From: Neoechinorhynchus agilis
Taxonomy: Eukaryota; Animalia; Acanthocephala
Length of the DNA stretch: 64,000 bases
Direction of reading: 5' to 3'
NCBI GenBank assembly: GCA_051530055.1
Contig: CM121342.1
Span: forward strand, 7,572,691-7,636,690
Part shown: piece by piece, positions 23,118 to 34,163 of the stretch
Numbering within the stretch: the stretch's first letter is position 1
Layout of the letters: each line of letters opens with the position of its first letter
Translations under genes and position numbers: made by a program
Notes under the pieces: model-generated
The model's database searches: none
Told to the model about the DNA's origin: nothing
The model's input: only the letters and a program-made list of their open reading frames with translations

Positions 23118-24893
23118 TCGTTGAGTTTGCAACGTTTGTTGTTAAGAATTCAGGTAATTATAAACTGTTAATTACATAAAAAGGAGCTTTTTGGGAACTA
23201 AGCTTCGAAAATCGGACACGCCGCTGTTTTCGCAATCGTCGTTTCAATCTTTTTCCTTTTCTCCCATTAGTTTCTTCACCACGACTATTCATTATAAAAT
23301 ATCAACTTGATCAAATCGACCGCTTCATCTCAACGATTTCCATAGCAACAAAGTCGAGAGATAATGATTTTGACTACGAGAAATGAACTACGACATTTCA
23401 ATGCTAAGTATGAAAAATATTTTCGTCGGTCACATCATCATTTGAATTAAATATGCGAACATTTACGTTAAAAAACTTCACGGATCATTAAAATAAAATT
23501 GTTGAAGTTTAATAATCACAGGAATGAAGAGTTATAAAAGGAAGTTCTAAGATTAATCTCCTTCGTCGAACATTTGATTCGCATTATTCAGCATTTTTCA
23601 ACATTATTAAGCTAAAAGTATGACGACAATGATTTCTACGGTTTTAAAATATCTTTGATTTGTTCTGTCCATTCTTATTGCTTATTATAGAAATTGAAGG
23701 GTTATTGATTTCGTATTATAACTTTCGTTTTTACTGTTGTCCTAACATAAAAACAAAACACTTGATACTAAATAAAAAGTGATTATTTAATATTCGATCA
23801 TCAAGAGGACGATCATCGACGATTTGATTTACGAAACTGTACGATTTTTTCCAATAACATATAAATTTTTAAGATTATCACAGATTTTGGCTTCTCGTAA
23901 TTTTTTTTCGAACATAAAACATTATTTATGCCAATCATAGAGACTAATCCATTTACGTCTATTAAATTTTTATTGGAGATTTTAAAACGATCAATAAGCT
24001 TTTCGTTTTCATAGGTGTTTTCGAATCATTTAAAGAAAATCGCTGCTTTAAGTCTAGAGACCTTAATTCCAGCGGGAGATGGTCAAAGAATAAAATTGTT
24101 TTGTCAAATTCATGCTAAAATCCTTGGACATTACAACGATGATTTAAGTGAATCATTCACATTGTTTGGTATTTTGTAAATCAAAGTAACTTTTCAGACA
24201 TGGTATAATTGAAGCCTTGCAGGAGTGGCAATAAAATATTTAAGTTCGCGTCCTTAAAATGATGAACACGTTTCTTTTTAATTTTCCAACAATCTGTTGA
24301 AGATGTTATCGATAACTCTCGGTGTCTAATTATCCACATTTTAGTTTTGCGTTCGAATTCAACCTCCAAAAAACGCACAACTAAATTATAAAAAATCCAT
24401 TTACTTTGATTATCGAATAGAAAATTGTTATAGTTATGTTTGCTAATGACAACCGAAGATACTAATCCACGATTTCTTTATGCGATCTCATAGACACCAA
24501 CAAAAATATCGGCCGATTATTTGTTTACTGGCATTTTTATTGACAAATATAGATGGATTTTGTTGACTGTGTTCGTACACAGATTGAAAAACAGTTCGAC
24601 GCCAGTTTGCGTATCGCTCAGGGTGGATAAGTTCAGCCACTACGGATAATCTTTGGCAATTTCTCTGTGGTTAAACTTTCGACAGAACAATGAACGCTGA
24701 ATCAAAACTCGAACTGGAGCTCGATCAAATTGAAGTTTCGAGGCCAAAATGGAGTACGTATTTTATTGCTTATTAATACCAAATCAATAATTCCTTAAGT
24801 TTTATTTCTTAACTCATATCGGTTAAGAATAACAGTTCTACTTAGCTTCGCAATATTCTCCTGCTACGCTCAAAGAAACGGACTGAGTTCAGC
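22888..24893. repeat. Segmental duplication B, copy 2
   Basis: Matches 18903..20906. Confidence 0.95.
24690..24893 (+). pseudogene. Truncated SLC17 copy (exon 1, intron 1, part of exon 2)
   Basis: Identical start MNAESKLELELDQIEVSRPKW; homology stops at GAGTTCAGC (24893). Confidence 0.75.
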
Positions 24894-25071
24894 TAAGAGA
24901 AAGCCGAGTCAAAGATGTTCTAACACTTAAAAAATATTGTCAGAAGATGAAATTGTTGACCTCGATTCAAGTTTATGTTGTGATGAATCTTCCGATTGAT
25001 TTGATTTTTAGGAACTGACGAATCTACAAAATATAAATTTGTTTTCGAGGTATAGGACAAACAATATAAGG

Positions 25072-25758
25072 TTACTTCCTTCTTCTTTTATTTTGTTTTG
25101 CTAAATCTGGATTGTACTGCCAACTGTTTCGCCCCATTTCATGGAGCTCACTACTCTCCCTTGAAGGGATCTGATACCCCAAAGCCCTTGCGACCAAATG
25201 TTGCGCTTTTTTCTTCTCTTCAGATTCCCTAAGATGCCGCTCTTTTCGAAGTTCATCGATAGTGCACGGCGATTTCAAGACATGTTGGTCAAATCCACGT
25301 TCTTGTTCATTTAAATTGTAACATTTCATTGTGTAGAGAGGATCGTCGCGTCTTTTCCATTTCAAATCGCGCTCTTCGTCAATTAAAGGATCTTCCTTAA
25401 TTCTCTTACGGGTATACCAGGGTCGAGCAACATTATTATTGTCCCTGACAGATTGACCAAGATAAGTGAGAACACCTAATTTCTTTTCAAAATTGTCAGT
25501 GGCGTCCTTCAACTCTTTTTGAAGTTCTTTGTTTGGTAGAAGACCTGGATCAAACAACTCGACTCGACCTTTTGTTGTGGATTGCGAGGCGTCTTCTGCT
25601 TTCTCAGACAAACATAGATTTCTGGCTTCCTGATCAGCCAAAATCTTCCTTTTTTCCAAGTTCTGCTCAAGAATAGCAGCCTCCCGCTCATCTCGACGAA
25701 CACGTGCGATGTTTGCTTTGGTTCTAACGTGCCATCGCTTCTTCGGTAGAATGTTCAT
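25072..25758 (-). CDS. LENG1: Leukocyte receptor cluster member 1 homologue (Cir_N domain)
   Basis: N-terminus MNILPKKRWHVRTKANIARVRRDE, internal EKKLGVLTYLGQS, C-terminal QYNPDLAKQ. Confidence 0.9.
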   Translation of the reverse strand: MNILPKKRWHVRTKANIARVRRDEREAAILEQNLEKRKILADQEARNLCLSEKAEDASQSTTKGRVELFDPGLLPNKELQKELKDATDNFEKKLGVLTYLGQSVRDNNNVARPWYTRKRIKEDPLIDEERDLKWKRRDDPLYTMKCYNLNEQERGFDQHVLKSPCTIDELRKERHLRESEEKKKAQHLVARALGYQIPSRESSELHEMGRNSWQYNPDLAKQNKRRRK

Positions 25759-25899
25759 TCAATAACCGCGAGATATCTAAAATCAATCGAAATCTCGGTC
25801 GATAGAGTTGGAGATGCGGCTATCATAATCCCTCGGGGAGATATTTCGAAAAAGGAAGCCTTGCCAGACATTGTTTTGCAAGTGCCATAATAAGCTCAC

Positions 25900-28800
25900 T
25901 CGCTGGTTATTAAAAGACGTTCCTAAAACGTCTTGGTGAAGACCTAAATAACACTTTTAATCATATTAACCGTTACCTTCTCAGGTACCAACATTTTCAC
26001 ATCGATTGAAATATTTCGCTTCGTCAGTCTTTTAAAAATATTTTAGTTGTTTTCTATTGCATGGCTCGGGTTTTTAAAAGGCTTTTGAGCGAAATATCTC
26101 AATAAATATATATTTAGAAGTGTTGTTTAGAAATCTTCACCCGGTAAAGAGTTTATTAAAGACGTTCAGTGAACGTCTTCGGGTTCATCATCAGTTCGCT
26201 GGTTATTAAAAGACGTCCCAAAAACGTCTTGGTGAAGACCTAAATAACACTTTTAATCATATTACCCGGTACCTTCTCATGTACCGACATTTTCACATCG
26301 ATTGAGATATTTCGCTTCGTCAGCCTTTTAAAAATATTTTAGTTGTTTTGTATTGCATGGCTCGGTTTTTAAAAGACTTTTGTAGCGAAATATCCAAGTT
26401 CAGTGAACGTCTTCGGGTTCATCATCAGTTCGCTGGTTATTAAAAGACGTCCCAAAAACGTCTTGGCGAAGACCTAAATAACACTTTTAATCATACCGGT
26501 ACCTTCTCAGGTACCGACATTTTCACATCGATTGAAATATTTCGCTTCGTCAGTCTTTTAAAAATATTTTAGTTGTTTTGTATTGCATGGCTCGGGTTTT
26601 TAAAAGACTTTTGTAGCGAAATATCGCAATAAATATATATTTAGAAGTGTTGTTTAGAAATCTTCACCCGGTAAAGAGTTTATTAAAGACGTTCAGTGAA
26701 CGTCTTCGGGTTCATCATCAGTTCGCTGGTTATTAAAAGACGTCCCTAAAACGTCTTGGTGAAGACCTAAATAACACTTTTAATCATATAATCCGGTACC
26801 TTCTCAGGTACCGACATTTTCACATCGATTGAGATATTTCGCTTCGTCAGTCTTTTAAAAATATTTTAGTTGTTTTGTATTGCATGGCTCGGGTTTTTAA
26901 AAGACTTTTGTAGCGAAATATCGCAATAAATATATATTTAGAAGTGTTGTTTAGAAATCTTCACCCGGTAAAGAGTTTATTAAAGACGTTCAGTGAACGT
27001 CTTCGGGTTCATCATCAGTTCGCTGGTTATTAAAAGACGTCCCAAAAACGTCTTGGCGAAGACCTAAATAACACTTTTAATCATATAATCCGGTACCTTC
27101 TCAGGTACCGACATTTTCACATCGATTGAGATATTTCGTTTCGTCAGTCTTTTAAAAATATTTTAGTTGTTTTGTATTGCATGGCTCGGGTTTTTAAAAG
27201 ACTTTTGTAGCGAAATATCTCAATAAATATATATTTAGAAGTGTTGTTTAGAAGTCTTCACCCGGTAAAGAGTTTATTAAAGACGTTCAGTGAACGTCTT
27301 CGGGTTCATCATCAGTTCGCTGGTTATTAAAAGACGTCCCAAAAACGTCTTGGTGAAGACCTAAATAACACTTTTAATCATATAACCCGGTACCTTCTCA
27401 GGTACCGACATTTTCACATCGATTGAGATATTTCGCTTCGTCAGTCTTTTAAAAATATTTTAGTTGTTTTGTATTGCATGGCTCGGGTTTTTAAAAGACT
27501 TTTGTAGCGAAATATCTCAATAAATATATATTTAGAAGTGTTGTTTAGAAATCTTTAACCGGTAAAGAGTTTATTAAAGACGTTCAGTGAACGTCTTCGG
27601 GTTCATCATCAGTTCGCTGGTTATTAAAAGACGTCCCAAAAACGTCTTGGCGAAGACCTAAATAACACTTTTAATCATATAATCCGGTACCTTCTCAGGT
27701 ACCGACATTTTCACATCGATTGAGATATTTCGCTTCGTCAGTCTTTTAAAAATATTTTAGTTGTTTTGTATTGCATGGCTCGGGTTTTTAAAAGACTTTT
27801 GTAGCGAAATATCTCAATAAATATATATTTAGAAGTGTTGTTTAGAAATCTTCACCCGGTAAAGAGTTTATTAAAGACGTTCAGTGAACGTCTTCGGGTT
27901 CATCATCAGTTCGCTGGTTATTAAAAGACGTCCCAAAAACGTCTTGGTGAGACCTAAATAACACTTTTAATCATATTACCCGGTACCTTCTCAGGTACCG
28001 ACATTTTCACATCGATTGAGATATTTCGCTTCGTCAGTCTTTTAAAAATATTTTAGTTGTTTTGTATTGCATGGCTCGGGTTTTTAAAAGACTTTTGTAG
28101 CGAAATATCTCAATAAATATATATTTAGAAGTGTTGTTTAGAAGTCTTCACCCGGTAAAGAGTTTATTAAAGACGTTCAGTGAACGTCTTCGGGTTCATC
28201 ATCAGTTCGCTGGTTATTAAAAGACGTCCCGAAAACGTCTTGGCGAAGACCTAAATAACACTTTTAATCATATAATCCGGTACCTTCTCAGGTACCGACA
28301 TTTTCACATCGATTGAGATATTTCGTTTCGTCAGTCTTTTAAAAATATTTTAGTTGTTTTGTATTGCATGGCTCGGGTTTTTAAAAGACTTTTGTAGCGA
28401 AATATCTCAATAAATATATATTTAGAAGTGTTGTTTAGAAATCTTCACCCGGTAAAGAGTTTATTAAAGACGTTCAGTGAACGTCTTCGGGTTCATCATC
28501 AGTTCCTGGTTTTAAAAGACGTCACGTTCAGTGAACGTCTTCGGGTTCATCATCGTTGTCTGGTTATTAAAAGACGTCCCGAAAACGTCTTGGTGAAGAC
28601 CTAAATAACACTTTTAATCATATTACCCGGTACCTTCTCAGGTACCGACATTTTCACATCGATTGAGATATTTCGCTTCGTCAGTCTTTTAAAAATATTT
28701 TAGTTGTTTTGTATTGCATGGCTCGGGTTTTTAAAAGACTTTTGTAGCGAAATATCTCAATAAATATATATTTAGAAGTGTTGTTTAGAAGTCTTCACCC

Positions 28801-31560
28801 GGTAAAGAGTTTATTAAAGACGTTCAGTGAACGTCTTCGGGTTCATCATCAGTTCGCTGGTTATTAAAAGACGTCAAAAACGTCTTGGCGAAGACCTAAA
28901 TAACACTTTTAATCATATTACCCGGTACCTTCTCAGGTACCGACATTTTCACATCGATTGAGATATTTCGCTTCGTCAGTCTTTTAAAAATATTTTAGTT
29001 GTTTTGTATTGCATGGCTCGGGTTTTTAAAAGACTTTTGTAGCGAAATATCTCAATAAATATATATTTAGAAGTGTTGTTTAGAAATCTTTAACCGGTAA
29101 AGAGTTTATTAAAGACGTTCAGTGAACGTCTTCGGGTTCATCATCAGTTCGCTGGTTATTAAAAGACGTCCCGAAAATGTCTTGGCGAAGACCAAAAATA
29201 ACACTTTTAATCATATAATCCGGTACCTTCTCAGGTACCGACATTTTCACATCGATTGAGATTTTTCGTTTCGTCAGTCTTTTAAAAATATTTTAGTTGT
29301 TTTGTATTGCATGGCTCGGGTTTTTAAAAGGCTTTTGCAGCGAAATATCTCAATAAATATATATTTAGAAGTGTTGTTTAGAAATCTTCACCCGGTAAAG
29401 AGTTTATTAAAGACGTTCAGTGAACGTCTTCGGGTTCATCATCAGTTCGCTGGTTGTTAAAAGACGTCCCAAAAACGTCTTGGTGAAGACCAAAAATAAC
29501 ACTTTTAATCATATAATCCGGTACCTTCTCAGGTACCGACATTTTCACATCGATTGAGATATTTCGTTTCGTCAGTCTTTTAAAAATATTTTAGTTGTTT
29601 TGTATTGCATGGCTCGGGTTTTTAAAAGACTTTTGTAGCGAAATATCGCAATAAATATATATTTAGAAGTGTTGTTTAGAAGTCTTCACCCGGTAAAGAG
29701 TTTATTAAAGACGTTCAGTGAACGTCTTCGGGTTCATCATCTGTTGTCTGGTTATTAAAAGACGTTCCTAAAACGTCTTGGTGAAGACCTAAATAACACT
29801 TTTAATCATATAATCCGGTACCTTCTCAGGTACCGACATTTTCACATCGATTGAGATATTTCGTTTCGTCAGTCTTTTAAAAATATTTTAGTTGTTTTCT
29901 ATTGCATGGCTCGGGTTTTTAAAAGACTTGTAGCGAAATATCTCAATAAATATATATTTAGAAGTGTTGTTTAGAAGTCTTCACCCGGTAAAGAGTTTAT
30001 TAAAGACGTTCAGTGAACGTCTTCGGGTTCATCATCAGTTCGCTGGTTGTTAAAAGACGTCCCAAAAACGTCTTGGTGAAGACCTAAATAACACTTTTAA
30101 TCATATTACCCGGTACCTTCTCACGTACCGACATTTTCACATCGATTGAGATATTTCGCTTCGTCAGCCTTTTAAAAATATTTTAGTTGTTTTGTATTGC
30201 ATGGCTCGGGTTTTTAAAAGACTTTTGTAGCGAAATATCTCAATAAATATATATTTAGAAGTGTTGTTTAGAAGTTCAACGCCGGTAAAGAGTTTTCTTT
30301 TCTTTTCTTTTCTCTCTCTTCTTATTAAAGACGTTCAGTGAACGTCTTCGGGTTCATCATCTGTTGTCTGGTTATTAAAAGACGTTCCTAAAACGTCTTG
30401 GTGAAGACCTAAATAACACTTTTAATCATATAACCCGGTACCTTCTCAGGTACCGACGTTTTCACATCGATTGAGATATTTCGCTTCGTCAGTCTTTTAC
30501 TTTTTAAAATATTTTAGTTGTTTGTATTGCATGGCTCGGGTTTTTAAAAGACTTTTGTAGCGAAACATCGCAATAAATATATATTTAGAAGTGTTGTTTA
30601 GAAGTCTTCACCCGGTAAAGAATTTATTAAAGACGTTCAGTGAACCTCGTCGGGTTCATCATCACTTCGCTGGTTATTAAAAGACGTCCCAAAAACGTCT
30701 TGGTGAAGACCTAAATAACACTTTTAATCATATTACCCGGTACCCTCTCATGTACCGACATTTTCACATCGATTGAGATATTTCGCTTCGTCAGCCTTTT
30801 AAAAATATTTTAGTTGTTTTGTATTACATGGCTCGGGTTTTTAAAAGACTTTTGTAGCGAAATATCTCAATAAATATATATTTAGAAGTGTTGTTTTGAA
30901 GTCTTTAACCGGTAAAGAGTTTATTGAAAACGTTCAGTGAACGTCTTCGGGTTCATCATCAGTTCGCTGGTTGTTAAAAGACGTCCCAAAAACGTCTTGG
31001 CGAAGACCTAAATAACACTTTTAATCATATTACCCGGCACCTTCTCAGGTACCGACATTTTCACATCGATTGAGATATTTCGCTTCGTCAGTCTTTTAAA
31101 AATATTTTAGTTGTTTTGTATTGCATGGCTCGGGTTTTTAAAAGACTTTTGTAGCGAAATATCTCAATAAATATATATTTAGAAGTGTTGTTTAGATGTC
31201 TTCACCCGGTAAAGAGTTTATTAAAGACGTTCAGTGAACGTCTTCGGGTTCATCATCAGTTCGCTGGTTGTTAAAAGACGTCCCAAAAACGTCTTGGCGA
31301 AGACCTAAATAACACTTTTAATCATATTACCCGGCACCTTCTCAGGTACCGACATCGATTGAGATATTTTCGAGCTTCGTCAGTCTTTAAAAAATATTTT
31401 AGTTGTTTTGTATTGCATGGCTCGGGTTTTTAAAAGACTTTTGTAGCGAAATATCTCAATAAATATATATTTAGAAGTGTTGTTTAGAAATCTTTTTAAC
31501 CGGTAAAGTTTATTGAAAACTGATGATGAATGCTAGGAGGTTCACAGAACGTCTTCAAAA
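25900..31560. repeat. Satellite array, 297-bp unit, about 19 copies, rich in palindromes
   Basis: CGCTGGTTATT recurs at 26724, 27021, 27318, 27615, 27912 (period 297); a few units are truncated. Confidence 0.97.
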
Positions 31561-33099
31561 ACTCTACAGCGCGAAGACTTCTAAACAATTAGTCTACATC
31601 CGATTCTTTCGTTTTTTGTTTAATACGCAAATGTTGCCTCTGTTCGTACTTTTAATACGAAACGAGCTTGCGTTTTCTTGATCTGCTCATCGGCGCGAGC
31701 GATAAAATGGTATTTTATCCAATAATCATGGGTAAGTGTACAAGGCGATTGGTACTTGAGGAATGATCGATAGAGAAATCTGATTGGTAGGGCTTTGAAT
31801 GGTTTCTTAACCAATTATTCTCTGTTGTTATCGCCATAGCGGAGTCACTTATTTAAACTGTATTTACCCGAATGATCCGTCTTAGATATCGGATTGACCC
31901 AATCAGACATGAAGAAACGGACCGCTTAGGGGTCATTTTCAAAATTTGACCCTATCGAGTTATCGCCAATCGGGGATGGTTGCACGCGATAAAACCCTGG
32001 ATCTAAGGACTTCGTGTCTATTGTTTTTGAAAGATTGGAATCGTTAACATTGGTTAGAATCGACGAGATCTTTTCTATTTAATCAATTTGGTTCCTCCCC
32101 CCCCGTAATCTTCTTCAACTCGAAGACTGGTTTCGTCTTAGTATCAACCTAGACATTCAACGTTCATTCCCGGAAACTGGTAATCTCAGGTCCATGATAG
32201 TCGTTGCTTTTGGGAGTTTATTAGACTGTTAGTCGCATGATGTCATGATAATAAGATTGGAATCAGCTGTCGATTAAATTTTATTTTGCCGACAGAAACT
32301 CGAGATTTAAGTTTAACCCTCCAACTGTTGTTGAAGTTTCACATTTCCGCCATTCATTAGCTGCTGACGCGTCATCGATTTGTCCTTGTAAACGTCTAAA
32401 GGTTACCCGGATCTGAACAGCGATGATTCCAGTAGTTGTCTTGCGAAGAATGTGGACCTGTTTCGTTCAAATAAAACAGCACAATTATGTATACGATTCC
32501 ACCCTAAAGTTCGTTAAGCTTTAAAGCGTAAAATTTGCTAGAAAATCTTTAATACTGAGAAAGGATAATTGTTTCACCATAAATTATTGCTATAATGTAC
32601 TTTCACTATTCGTTTACCATTAAATTGATAGAGCGCCATGTAGATTTCCAACTCATAAATAGAGCTTTGGGCGATTGCTTTTTTAAATTTAGTAACTGTT
32701 TCTCTGTAGTCACTTTCTGTTTTGATCGTAAGGATGCCAGAATTTGAGCGAAAGGTATTTTTTCCATAGTGACACATTTCAATGAGCGATGCTTGGGTCA
32801 AGTCTCACTTTCAGTCTGAGGACCTTTCGCTTTTTGAGTCTCGATCATAGCTGCGCGTTCAGACGACGCCTTCGTTAAACCACCGCTCTTTTTTTCGATA
32901 TTTCAATTGTCATTTAACCTTTATAATACGTTCATTTTATTGGTCAAAAAGCTATTACTTTCACAGTAAATTAATCCGTTTTTTTTGTATTAGATCATTT
33001 AATCCCGAACGATGTTAGACCTAACAAAGAAAAGTTATAAGTTGCGTATAATATCAAGTAGTGCCAGTAAAGACTTCAAAACTAATAAAAAATTCTTCA

Positions 33100-33230
33100 G
33101 ACATTCTTCAAATAAGAATTGTGGTGAATCCCCACTATCACGGGTGCGTCGACTACGATATTGCCTACGTAGGTGAAACAACGAATCTACTGATGCCACT
33201 CATGAACATCGTGCCATAAGTGCAAACGTG
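33100..33230 (+). mobile_element. Penelope-like GIY-YIG endonuclease fragment
   Basis: DIAYVGETTNL...HEHRA (YVGET at 33166-33180). Confidence 0.55.
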
Positions 33231-33350
33231 TCGAATGTAATTGCATCTTTACTTATAAGACTCGACAAATGCCCTCGCTCAATTCGATTTCATTGATGGG
33301 TTCCCGTTCTATTTTCTATCGATGATTGTTCAAATAATTGCATTTTGAAG

Positions 33351-34163
33351 CTATATTTTCCCAAAGAAGTTCCGTCTCAGTCTAAAAGCTAACCTTGGGT
33401 TGAATTCTTCGTGGTCTACAAAGCCCGTTTGCCTCATCTTGTCGAACTCCTCTTTTACAGTAGCCCAGTCCGCTAGCGGAAGCAAATGCAGCTGACTTCC
33501 TGCCATCAACTCTGCCATCCCTTCTTGCCATGAACAACCAAGGAGGAGCACTAGGTTGGTTACTGCGGTGACTCCCATGCCCGATTGAGCCACCAACACC
33601 TCTGCTAACAACTCTCTTCTTTCAGGAAAAGTTCGAATGAAGCATTTAACCGCGGATGTCAAAGATAGTTTCACTTTTGTGTCGTACCCTTGTGGTGGAT
33701 CGTCAAACTCACTTTTCACCGCCTCCGGCAAATGTTCGAGATCGCGTAAAATGCGCAGCCAGGCCTCCGGCGCTAACCCACAATTATGCTTCCTCCGCTC
33801 CGCTCTCGCTATTGTTGCACGCATCCTGGCTCCCGTCCAGTCAGAATGCCCTTCCTTGCGCTTGTCCCCAAATACAAACAGATCCGGAGATAGCACGCTC
33901 CTTATTGCTTCTCTGCAACACTCGGGTCGTCGACTCAGAATGCCCCTCGCCGCCGTGAACCCTTCTTTGAGGGTCCGATGTTTAGCGTAGACGAACTGGA
34001 GGCTGCATCCGCACCCTCCACAGCTCGCTCTTCGCCCAGACCCGCCATCGCTGCCACCGGTGGTGGACTTGCAGTTGTCTCCCGAGCCCTGGACTCTCTC
34101 GACTTGGCCCGGGTGACGGGGGGAGAGACCCGTCCCGCCAAAGAAGTCCCAGACAGAAAACCC
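33351..34163 (-). pseudogene. EVE ORF2 remnant: N-terminal part of a toti-like RdRp, truncated before the catalytic motifs
   Basis: PPQGYDTKVKLSL..FPERRELLAEVLVAQSGMGVTAVTNLVLLLG..EFDKMRQTG..FRLRR resembles the pre-palm region of toti-like RdRps as I recall it; no GDD motif is present. Confidence 0.6.
34157..34163 (-). promoter_or_regulatory. Putative -1 ribosomal frameshift heptamer G GGU UUU
   Basis: The 0 frame is that of ORF 33935..34141 and the -1 frame is that of ORF 33351..34589; a GC-rich stem-forming sequence starts 6 nt downstream. Confidence 0.6.

Noticed and set aside
26960-27030. CTGATGA followed by GAAG and a hairpin on the minus strand of each 297-bp satellite unit, resembling a hammerhead
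   Set aside because: GAAA is GAAG, the A15.1-U16.1 pair is replaced by G-C, stem II (TGAACCC) cannot pair and stem I is at most 2 bp.
25900-31560. CRISPR-like appearance of palindromic repeats
   Set aside because: Eukaryotic context, whole units repeat with no unique spacers, and no cas genes.
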